Shown: positions 56,193 through 64,000 of the stretch, in pieces
Numbering within the stretch: position 1 is the stretch's first letter
Layout: the number at the start of each line of letters is the position of its first letter
Assembly: GCA_965215775.1 (NCBI GenBank)
Contig: CBDCEG010000027.1
Location: 101,860-165,859, forward strand
Length of the DNA stretch: 64,000 nt
Source of the DNA: Cardiobacteriales bacterium
GTDB lineage: Bacteria > Pseudomonadota > Gammaproteobacteria > Cardiobacteriales > Ostreibacteriaceae
Reading direction: 5' to 3'
Program-made: the position numbers and the translations under genes
The notes under the pieces: generated by a model
What the model was told of the DNA's origin: nothing
The model's database searches: none
The model's input: the letters and a program-made list of their open reading frames with translations, nothing else

Positions 56193-57845
56193 ATGTTTGA
56201 ATTTCTTAAGAAAAAAAATAATAACCCCAAAGGCACCAAATTACAAGAATATAAGTTTCTTTCAAATTCTGGTGAAGCTAAAACCCTACCTATTTACAAA
56301 AAATACTATATTTCTTTAACTCAAAGAGATGGAGAACAGGCTATTCCAATTATAAAAATTGGTGAGAAAGTTAAAAAAGGTCAAATTATAGCTAAGCCAA
56401 CTTCAGATTTGGCACATTATAGACATAGTCCAACCTCAGGGGAAGTTACAAATATTTGTGAAATTGCAGAAAACCACCCGTCACAAATAATAACTAATGC
56501 CATTGAAATAACAGCTGATGGTTTAGATGAGTTAAGTGATGTTGCTAATTCTATAAAAATAAAAAAATCTACCGTAAAAATAGAAAATTATGCACTTGAA
56601 AATATTTCAAAAAACGAATTGCTAGATAGTATTTGTTTAGCTGGCGTTGCTGGAATGGGTGGGGCTGGATTTCCAACTAAAAGAAAACTAGATTTGAATG
56701 TAAGCGTTGATACTTTGATTATAAATGGTGCTGAATGTGAACCATATATAACTTGTGATGATGTTTTGATGCAAGAAAAGGCTGAACAAATATTAAAAGG
56801 TGCACAAATTATCGCTTATATAATTGATGCGAATGAAATACTTGTAGGAATTGAAGATAACAAGCCAAAGGCAATAGAAATCATGCAAAAAGCTTGTGAA
56901 AAAATATCTGGTAAAACTATAAAAAATATAAAAATATGCCCAATGCCAACAAAATATCCAATGGGAAGTCGTATTCAAATAGCACATTTTTTATTAGGTA
57001 AAAAGACAAGCCCTCAAAGGCGTTCTAGTAGTTATGGTTTTATTTGCCATAATGTTGGAACGGCAAATGCATGTTATGAAGCTGTTGTTTTAGGTAAACC
57101 ATTGATAGAAAGGTATATGACTGTTTCTGGAGACGCTGTTAATAAACCTACTGTTGTAAAAGCAAGGGTTGGAGCAACACTTTTTGATATATTTGAAAGT
57201 TGTGATTTGCAACAAAATTCAAATGTTATAGTTGGTGGCACGATGATGGGATTTGCACTATCAGATGGCTGGCAAGAAAATAAAGTAACAATTAAAAGAG
57301 AAACTACATCAATTTTAGGATTTCAAAAGAAAGTCAAAGTATTTAATTCATTAGAGCAAAATTGTATTCGTTGTGGTCAGTGTGCTGAAGCTTGCCCAAT
57401 TGATTTACTTCCACAGCAACTTTACTTTTACGGTAAAAATAAAAATTATAAAAAAGCCCAAGAAAATAGAATATTTGATTGTATAGAATGTGGTTTATGT
57501 TCTTATGTTTGCCCTAGTGATATTCCTTTGGTTACTTATTTTAAACACAGTAAAGGAGAAATTTATACAGAGAAAAAGAAAAAACAGAACTCTGATATAG
57601 CACAAATTAGATTTGAAAATAGACAACAAAGAATTGAAAAAGTAAAAGCCGAAAGAAAAAGAAAAATGGATGAAAAAAGAAAAAGAATGGCAGAAAAACA
57701 AATAACAAAAACTGATGAAATAGCCAAGCTAGAAGATAATACTAAAAAAGGTTATGACCAAGATTTGATCGCTCAAGCTTTGGAGCGAGTGAAAAATAAA
57801 AAAGCAAATTTTGAAAAAGAAAAAATTGAAAAAGAAAAATCTTAG
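56193..57845 (+). CDS. rnfC: Electron transport complex subunit RnfC
   Basis: 550 aa with NADH/FMN-site glycine motifs, two 4Fe-4S CxxCxxCxxxCP motifs and a K/E-rich tail. Confidence 0.9.
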   Translation: MFEFLKKKNNNPKGTKLQEYKFLSNSGEAKTLPIYKKYYISLTQRDGEQAIPIIKIGEKVKKGQIIAKPTSDLAHYRHSPTSGEVTNICEIAENHPSQIITNAIEITADGLDELSDVANSIKIKKSTVKIENYALENISKNELLDSICLAGVAGMGGAGFPTKRKLDLNVSVDTLIINGAECEPYITCDDVLMQEKAEQILKGAQIIAYIIDANEILVGIEDNKPKAIEIMQKACEKISGKTIKNIKICPMPTKYPMGSRIQIAHFLLGKKTSPQRRSSSYGFICHNVGTANACYEAVVLGKPLIERYMTVSGDAVNKPTVVKARVGATLFDIFESCDLQQNSNVIVGGTMMGFALSDGWQENKVTIKRETTSILGFQKKVKVFNSLEQNCIRCGQCAEACPIDLLPQQLYFYGKNKNYKKAQENRIFDCIECGLCSYVCPSDIPLVTYFKHSKGEIYTEKKKKQNSDIAQIRFENRQQRIEKVKAERKRKMDEKRKRMAEKQITKTDEIAKLEDNTKKGYDQDLIAQALERVKNKKANFEKEKIEKEKS

Positions 57846-57900
57846 TGATAAGAGTGATAACTAACCGATAAAACTATAAAAGATAAATATTATTAAACCA

Positions 57901-58878
57901 ATGAACCAAATAAACCACCCGATAGAAAGAAGGCAAGCTCCAAATTCTGCACAAATTATGAAGATAGTTATTTTAACTATGTTGCCGACTCTTGGTTTGT
58001 ATGTTTATTTATTTGGTTTTGCAATTATTATTCAATTGTTTATTGCAACTTTAACAGCTCTTTTTTGTGAGTTTGCTGTTGCAAAACTAAAGTCCAAACA
58101 TTTATCAAAATTAGATATTTATAGTGGAATATTAACAGCTTGGATATTAGCGTTTTGTTTACCAGCAACTTCAGTTTATTGGTTGATTATTGTTGGAGTT
58201 TGCTTTTCTATTTTACTTGCCAAACATTGTTTTGGTGGTGTTGGAATGAATATATTTAATCCTGCAATAGTTGGCTTTTGTTTTGTTTATATTTCTTTTG
58301 CTTATCAACTTAGCCTTTATCCTTTGGGATATATTTCTTTTTCGCAAAGCATTGGATTAATTTTCCAAAGTAATTCTTTGGCTGATATTCAAACAGGGGC
58401 AACCTTGCTTGCATTAGTTAAAGCAAATGCAGATTATACTTTTACTGAAAATACTTTTTATATATTTATTAAAAATCCATATTTCTTAATAAGTATATCT
58501 TGGTTTATTGGTGGTTTTTATTTGTGGTTTAGGAAAATTGCTGATTGGCGATTAAGTATAAGTTTTTTAATATCTTATTTTATATTTAGTTATTTGTTTT
58601 TATCTTCTTTTTCAGGACAAATTTTAAATACTAGATTATTTATTGGGGCAACTTTTTTCTGTGCTTGTTATATTATTACAGATCCAACAACTGCACCAAG
58701 TAGCGTAAAGGGTAGGGTGGTTTATGCAATTTTAATTGCTTTTGTTGCAGTTATTATAAAAAGATATAGTCAAATGCCTGATAGCATAGCTTTTGCAGTA
58801 TTAATTGGTAATTTATCATTTCCTTTGATTGATGAATTTACTAAAACTAAATATGCACTTTCAAAAGGTAAAAAGTAA
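57901..58878 (+). CDS. rnfD: Electron transport complex subunit RnfD
   Basis: 325 aa, polytopic, with MNIFNPA and TGAT blocks. Confidence 0.9.
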   Translation: MNQINHPIERRQAPNSAQIMKIVILTMLPTLGLYVYLFGFAIIIQLFIATLTALFCEFAVAKLKSKHLSKLDIYSGILTAWILAFCLPATSVYWLIIVGVCFSILLAKHCFGGVGMNIFNPAIVGFCFVYISFAYQLSLYPLGYISFSQSIGLIFQSNSLADIQTGATLLALVKANADYTFTENTFYIFIKNPYFLISISWFIGGFYLWFRKIADWRLSISFLISYFIFSYLFLSSFSGQILNTRLFIGATFFCACYIITDPTTAPSSVKGRVVYAILIAFVAVIIKRYSQMPDSIAFAVLIGNLSFPLIDEFTKTKYALSKGKK

Positions 58879-58879
58879 A

Positions 58880-59470
58880 ATGGATAAACGAATAAAACTA
58901 TCATCAAAAGAAAGCTTAAAGCTTGGTGTAATTGCAGTTGTTTGCTTATTTGCAGTATTTGCAGTATTTAATTTGAGTAAAGAAAGTGCAAAAAAAAGTG
59001 AGGCAAATTACTTAACTTCTTTACTGGAAAAAGTGGTTGCAAAAGGTTCTTTTGATAATGATTTGCTAGCAACTAAACAAAGTATAAATAATAATATCTA
59101 TTATCAAGCTTGTCTAAAAGGAAAACCAACTTTTCAAATAATAGAAGTTTCAACCAAAGATGGTTACAGTGGTAAAATCAAATTACTTGTTTCTATTGAT
59201 AATAAAGCAAATATTTATAAAATAATCCCACTATTTCATCGAGAAACCCCAGGGCTTGGTGATCAAATAGAAATATCTAAATCAAACTGGTTGCAACAAT
59301 TTCAGTTAAATACTAATAATTATAAAACTGTGGAATTAAAAAAAGATGGTGGGAAAATAGATTCAATAACAGGGGCTACAATAACTTCGCGTGCGGTTAC
59401 TAAGCTTATTTCCAAAGAGTTTTTTGAAGATAAACAAAACCAAATAAATAATAAATTTAGTTGTGAATAA
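58880..59470 (+). CDS. rnfG: Electron transport complex subunit RnfG
   Basis: FMN-attachment block DSITGATITSRAV. The ATG at 58880, directly after the rnfD stop, is preferred. Confidence 0.9.
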   Translation: MDKRIKLSSKESLKLGVIAVVCLFAVFAVFNLSKESAKKSEANYLTSLLEKVVAKGSFDNDLLATKQSINNNIYYQACLKGKPTFQIIEVSTKDGYSGKIKLLVSIDNKANIYKIIPLFHRETPGLGDQIEISKSNWLQQFQLNTNNYKTVELKKDGGKIDSITGATITSRAVTKLISKEFFEDKQNQINNKFSCE

Positions 59471-59473
59471 ATT

Positions 59474-60124
59474 ATGAGTATAGATAAAAATACACAAAAC
59501 CTAAAAATAGATACAAAAGGTCTTTGGTCAAATAATCCAGCACTTGTGCAGCTGTTAGGTCTTTGTCCACTTTTGGCAGTTAGTAATACAGTTGCAAATG
59601 GTTTGGCGATGGGAATTGCTACAACTCTAATTTTACTAATGTCTGCATTTTTCATTTCATTATTGCAAAATTTTATTCCTAAATCTGTTCGCCTGCCAGC
59701 GTTTATGCTAATTATTGCAAGTGCGGTAACAATTATAGAATTACTTATAAAAGCATATTTTTATAACTTATATATTAGCTTAGGAATATTTATTCCTCTA
59801 ATTGTTACAAACTGTATTATTATTGGGCGTGCTGAAGCTTTTGCTTCCAAAAATAAACTTATCCAATCATTATTAGATGCGTTGATTATGGGAGCTGGAT
59901 TTACTTGGGTGATTTGTGTTTTAGGAGCGGTGCGAGAGCTATTAAGCAAAGGAACTTTATTTTCAGGGTTTGAAAATATATTTGGAAATGCTTTTTCAAG
60001 TGTGAAAATACAAATTTTAGACTTTAATCCATTACTTTTAGCTGGTCTCCCTGCTGGTGCTTTTATTATTTTAGGTCTTATAATTGCTATAAAACAGGCT
60101 GTTAATAATAAAAATAACAAGTAA
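59474..60124 (+). CDS. rnfE: Electron transport complex subunit RnfE
   Basis: 216 aa with NPALVQLLGLCPLLAV. Confidence 0.9.
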   Translation: MSIDKNTQNLKIDTKGLWSNNPALVQLLGLCPLLAVSNTVANGLAMGIATTLILLMSAFFISLLQNFIPKSVRLPAFMLIIASAVTIIELLIKAYFYNLYISLGIFIPLIVTNCIIIGRAEAFASKNKLIQSLLDALIMGAGFTWVICVLGAVRELLSKGTLFSGFENIFGNAFSSVKIQILDFNPLLLAGLPAGAFIILGLIIAIKQAVNNKNNK

Positions 60125-60191
60125 TGGTTTTATTGCTGAGTAATTTGCTTGGTTATAATTGATTAACACTTGATGTATAATAACTTAAATT

Positions 60192-60225
60192 CTTAAGACT
60201 GTACTTGTCTTAAGGGTTTATTTTT
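60192..60225 (+). terminator. Possible terminator after rnfE
   Basis: cttaagac / tgtactt / gtcttaag hairpin followed by a T-rich stretch. Confidence 0.5.
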
Positions 60226-60258
60226 ATAAAATAATTAATTATAAGAGGATTAAATTCT

Positions 60259-61206
60259 ATGAATATTAAAAAAGTATTACTAGCGGTAGCAATTTTACCA
60301 TTAATGGCAATGAGTGCTGATTACCCATCAAAAACAATTAAAATTATAGTTCCATCAAAAGCAGGTGGTTCAACTGATACAACAGCTAGATTATTTGCAG
60401 AAACTGCAAAGAAATACCTAAAAGGAGCGAAGTTTGCAATCGTAAATAAAGGCGGAGCAGGTGGTTTGATAGGTTTTGAAAATATATCAAGAGCTAAAGC
60501 TGATGGTTACACTTTAGGTTTGGTTTTTACTCCTCAGCTAGTTGCACACATTGTATCTAAAAAAGCAAAATATACACTTGATACATTCAAAATTTTAGGA
60601 AATGCAGCTAAAGATCCAGGTGTTATTGTTGTAAATGAAGCTAGTCCATTAAAGTCAATTGATGATTTAGTGAAAGCAGCAAAAGCTTCTAAAGATAAAA
60701 AGCTAGCAGTAGTTGTTAATGGTGTAGGTAGTGATGATTTCTTAGCTGCTAAAAACTTTGAAAAAAATAATGGTGTTGAGTTTAACTTAATTCCAACTAA
60801 AGGTTCAACTGAGCAAAAAACAGAAATTCTAGGTAATCATGTTGATGTTTCTTTTATGAATTTATCTCAAATGCTTGCTAATCATAAAGCTGGTAAAGTA
60901 AGAATATTAGCAATTTTAGATGAAAAAAGAGCAGAAGTTGCTCCAGAAATTCCTTCAATGAAAGAATTAGGATACAAAACTTATATGACTGCAACTCGTG
61001 GATTTTTAATCCATAAAGATGTTAAACCAGAAATTGCAGCAGTTCTAGAAAAGTTAGTAGCTGATGTATTGGCAGACAAAGAGTTTATAGAAAGAGCAAC
61101 TAAAAGTTATATATTCTTAGGACCTTTATCAGGTGCTGATTACAAAACTTACTTAGAAGGATTACAGGCAGAAACTCAAAAAGTTTATGACGCAACTCCT
61201 TGGTAA
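60259..61206 (+). CDS. tctC: Tripartite tricarboxylate transporter substrate-binding protein (Bug/TctC family)
   Basis: 315 aa with a signal peptide and the DYPSKTIKIIVPSKAGGSTD block. Confidence 0.9.
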   Translation: MNIKKVLLAVAILPLMAMSADYPSKTIKIIVPSKAGGSTDTTARLFAETAKKYLKGAKFAIVNKGGAGGLIGFENISRAKADGYTLGLVFTPQLVAHIVSKKAKYTLDTFKILGNAAKDPGVIVVNEASPLKSIDDLVKAAKASKDKKLAVVVNGVGSDDFLAAKNFEKNNGVEFNLIPTKGSTEQKTEILGNHVDVSFMNLSQMLANHKAGKVRILAILDEKRAEVAPEIPSMKELGYKTYMTATRGFLIHKDVKPEIAAVLEKLVADVLADKEFIERATKSYIFLGPLSGADYKTYLEGLQAETQKVYDATPW

Positions 61207-61217
61207 TAAAAATTAAA

Positions 61218-61255
61218 TTTGTGAGCTAATTAAATTAGTTTTTTAAGCTCACAAA
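61218..61255 (+). other. Intergenic stem-loop between tctC and tctB
   Basis: tttgtgagct / 18-nt loop / agctcacaaa is a 10-bp perfect stem. There is no clean T-run, so its function is unclear. Confidence 0.4.
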
Positions 61256-61334
61256 TATTAAAAATATTTTAAAAGGAGTGCTAGGGTTTAACTTAGTCTC
61301 CTTTTTTATTTATCAAAATAACATCAAAAAAATT

Positions 61335-61880
61335 ATGAATCAACGAATTGTAGATATGATATATGTAGCTTTACTATTATCATTGGCTGGCTTTCTTTAT
61401 TATTCAACAAATATTAATTATATTGTTTATGGAATGCCACTTTATCCAGAAAGCACACAGAAATTAACAGGAACTTATGTTAGATCGTTAGCAGTATGTT
61501 TGGCAGTTTTAAGTGTTTTATTGCTTATAAAAACACTTAGACAAGAAGCTAAAAATATAACAGGGTTAATTGGTAATCCTAAAAAATTCATAAAGTTAAT
61601 TATTCTTTTAATAATATATACTTATCTTATTAGTAAATTAGGATTTTTTACTTCAAGCTTTATATTTTTACCAGCAACTATGTTAGTGATGGGTTATAAA
61701 AATTATTTGGTTATTGGGTTATCAACGGTTGGCTTATTGACTTTTATATATGTTCTTTTTGCAAAGGTATTTGAAGTTCCATTACCAGAAGCTGAATACT
61801 TAGCAGAAGATTATATAAGAATACCATTTGATAAAGTTCATGATGTTTTTTCTAACTTATTTAAAGGCAAAGGAGGTTAA
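61335..61880 (+). CDS. tctB: Tripartite tricarboxylate transporter small membrane subunit (TctB family)
   Basis: About 180 aa with 4 TM helices, between tctC and tctA. The Met at 61335 is preferred. Confidence 0.75.
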   Translation: MNQRIVDMIYVALLLSLAGFLYYSTNINYIVYGMPLYPESTQKLTGTYVRSLAVCLAVLSVLLLIKTLRQEAKNITGLIGNPKKFIKLIILLIIYTYLISKLGFFTSSFIFLPATMLVMGYKNYLVIGLSTVGLLTFIYVLFAKVFEVPLPEAEYLAEDYIRIPFDKVHDVFSNLFKGKGG

Positions 61881-61882
61881 TT

Positions 61883-63364
61883 ATGGAACATGCTACTGAA
61901 TACTTACAAATAGTTTTTTCACTTCCCGTTCTTTTAGCAATTACTTTAGGAACAATTGCAGGAGTTATTATTGGTGGAATGCCTGGTCTTACAGCAACAA
62001 TGGCTGTTGCTCTTTTAATTCCCATTACACTTAAATTTGAATCTGTAATTGGTCTTGCTTTAATGGGAGGGGTTTATTGTGGAGCAATGTATGGTGGTTC
62101 AATTGCTGCAATTTTACTATCTACACCAGGAACACCTGCTGCTGCTGCAACAGCGATAGAAGGTTATCCTCTGACGCAACAAGGACATGGTGGTTTGGCT
62201 CTTAAGGTTTCTGTTGTTGCAAGCTTTATTGGTGGAACATTCTCTATTTTTGTGCTTTTATTAGTATCTCCTTTACTTGCAAAAGTAGCTCTTGAATTTG
62301 GTTCTCCTGAGAAATTTTTATTAGCTATTATGGGGCTAGCAGGAATTATTTCACTTACTTCAGGAAATTTAATCAAAGGCTTGATTTCAGGTTTAATAGG
62401 TCTTGTTATTGCAGTTGTTGGAACTGATCCTATATCTGCATCAGTTCGTTATACAGGTGGATTGTTAGATTTGTATGAAGGAGTTTCATTTATGCCTGCT
62501 TTAATAGGTATGTTTTCAATTACCTCAATGTTAGAGCTTACAGGAAAAGGTAGAATTGCAAATCAAGATGTTGATACAAGTAAAATAAAAAGAGAAAAAA
62601 TGCCCAAAGGTCTAAATCCATTTATTGCAATAGGGTCTGCAGTTGGGACTGTTGTTGGTATTTTACCTGGTGAGGGTGCTACAGTAGCAGCATTTGTCTC
62701 GTATAACTTTGCAAAACAAAAATCTAAAAATAAAAAATTATTTGGTAAAGGTAATGTAGAAGGAATAGCAGCTGCAGAAGCAGGGAATAATGCTTGTGTT
62801 GGTGGTTCTTTAGTTCCTCTTTTAACTTTGGGAATCCCAGGAAATACAGTTTCAGCGGCTTTAATGGGAGGGCTTATAATTAAAGGTCTAGTTCCAGGTC
62901 CAGAGTTATTTACAGTACACGCTGATATAGTTTATCCTTTTATTATTAGTTTATTTATTGCTAATACTGTATTTTTAGTGGTTGGAATATTTTTCGCACC
63001 ATATTTTGCTAAAATATCATTAATTCCATCAGGTGTTTTAATACCAGCTATTTGTATGTTTTCAGTAATTGGTGCATATTCGATGAATAATAGCGTATTT
63101 GATGTTTGGTTAATGTTAGGCTTTGCTTTAGCGGGTTTTATACTCAGTAAAACAGGATTTTCATTATCAGCAATTATTCTAGGAATGATACTAGGTAGTA
63201 TTGCAGAAAATGGGTTCAGCCAATCATTGGCTAAATCAGGTGGAGACTTTGGGATATTTTTCCATGGTTATTTAACTTGGATATTATGGGCAATTATTGC
63301 TGCTTTAATTATCCCAGCAGCATTTCCCAAAAAATCTGATGATATAGAGAATATAGCATCTTAG
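61883..63364 (+). CDS. tctA: Tripartite tricarboxylate transporter large permease (TctA family)
   Basis: 493 aa, polytopic, with GMPGLTATMAVALL and GTPAAAATA blocks. Confidence 0.9.
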   Translation: MEHATEYLQIVFSLPVLLAITLGTIAGVIIGGMPGLTATMAVALLIPITLKFESVIGLALMGGVYCGAMYGGSIAAILLSTPGTPAAAATAIEGYPLTQQGHGGLALKVSVVASFIGGTFSIFVLLLVSPLLAKVALEFGSPEKFLLAIMGLAGIISLTSGNLIKGLISGLIGLVIAVVGTDPISASVRYTGGLLDLYEGVSFMPALIGMFSITSMLELTGKGRIANQDVDTSKIKREKMPKGLNPFIAIGSAVGTVVGILPGEGATVAAFVSYNFAKQKSKNKKLFGKGNVEGIAAAEAGNNACVGGSLVPLLTLGIPGNTVSAALMGGLIIKGLVPGPELFTVHADIVYPFIISLFIANTVFLVVGIFFAPYFAKISLIPSGVLIPAICMFSVIGAYSMNNSVFDVWLMLGFALAGFILSKTGFSLSAIILGMILGSIAENGFSQSLAKSGGDFGIFFHGYLTWILWAIIAALIIPAAFPKKSDDIENIAS

Positions 63365-63378
63365 GAAAATTTTAATTT

Positions 63379-63419
63379 AGCACCAAAGTATTATTTATAT
63401 TTTACTTAGGTGCTTTTTT
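63379..63419 (+). terminator. Rho-independent terminator after tctA
   Basis: agcaccaaagta / loop / tacttaggtgct (11 bp, one mismatch) followed by TTTTTT. Confidence 0.6.
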
Positions 63420-63511
63420 ATTTATCTAAATAAACTATTTCCAAATAGCTTTAGCTAACTTATAATCAAAGCATAGACTTAACTTTAAATAACTTACAAA
63501 AGGAGAAAACC

Positions 63512-63865
63512 ATGTCAGATTACCCAGAGCTTCAACGAATAGGTGTTACAAGACCAAATCAAATTGTAAAATACACTCTTACAAATGCAGTTGATTTAGA
63601 TATTTTACGAATAAAATACAAAAGACCAAAAGGTTCATTCTTGCCAACTATCAAGCGATTTGAATTTGCAAGAAAATTACTTCCAACAGGTGAAACTGAA
63701 ATCTCAGCAACTCTTGAAGCTATTTTAACAGAGCTTGAGAAATTAGTTATTACAGAAAAAGACTCTGCAGAAATGAAAGAGGATATAATTACTGAAATTT
63801 CAGACTTAGAGAAATTTATGCGAATTAGACTACAAGAGCTAAAAGCAGAGATTGAAAAGCTTTAA
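63512..63865 (+). CDS. Conserved hypothetical protein (DUF3461-like)
   Basis: 117 aa with a good SD sequence. MSDYPELQRIGVT...ILRIKYKRPKGSFLP matches my recollection of DUF3461 proteins. Confidence 0.5.
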   Translation: MSDYPELQRIGVTRPNQIVKYTLTNAVDLDILRIKYKRPKGSFLPTIKRFEFARKLLPTGETEISATLEAILTELEKLVITEKDSAEMKEDIITEISDLEKFMRIRLQELKAEIEKL

Positions 63866-63920
63866 TTTACCCCCATAAATATAAAGAACATTATTAATTA
63901 ACTACAAAAAAAGAGGAAAA

Positions 63921-64000
63921 ATGAATTATTTAGATACAGGAACAGGATTAGTAGCTCAGGCATCAGGTGATGTTAAAGCAAATTTTATCAAAAAAACATA
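63921..64000 (+). CDS. 5' end of a CDS that runs off the window (possibly a BAX-inhibitor/YccA-family membrane protein)
   Basis: ATG preceded by AGAGGA. Only 26 codons are visible (MNYLDTGTGLVAQASGDVKANFIKKT). Confidence 0.35.
   Translation, partial: MNYLDTGTGLVAQASGDVKANFIKKT

Overview
Visibly AT-rich chromosomal segment (GC not computed) whose gene content looks gammaproteobacterial: zapD, rnfCDGE, tctCBA, fxsA and a PilS/PilR-like two-component pair. I cannot name the organism. About 60 ORFs are recognisable housekeeping genes arranged in long co-directional strings. No rRNA, tRNA, tmRNA or CRISPR array was seen. Four accessory patches interrupt the backbone. (1) 1-2181: an IS3-family element preceded by head-to-tail 452-bp partial copies of its own left end; every transposase copy here looks defective. 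(2) 4277-8361: two co-oriented C5-cytosine restriction-modification cassettes sit inside the leu operon between leuD and leuB. One is HaeIII/NgoPII-like (GGCC). A roughly 69-bp copy of the leuD 3' tail lies between the two cassettes. (3) 35861-39751: an island between rnhA and a HAD phosphatase gene. It holds three lipoprotein genes, a PAAR-domain toxin candidate with an ART-like R-S-ExE motif order and a C-terminal glycine zipper, and an overlapping candidate immunity gene. No T6SS structural genes are in the window. (4) 44990-48817: an IS30-family element, an IS3 end fragment, and a decaying, tandemly duplicated array of small two-cysteine exported proteins and small polytopic membrane proteins, read here as a possible orphan immunity array. 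Islands 3 and 4 share short DNA modules (leader, IS30 inverted-repeat remnant, signal-peptide segment), which suggests a common origin or recombination between them. Smaller oddities are a 12-unit decamer repeat upstream of dacB, an internal 270-bp duplication in xseA, an rnf cluster lacking rnfA/B, and leuD without leuC. All family assignments come from motif recognition by eye and memory, not from searches.
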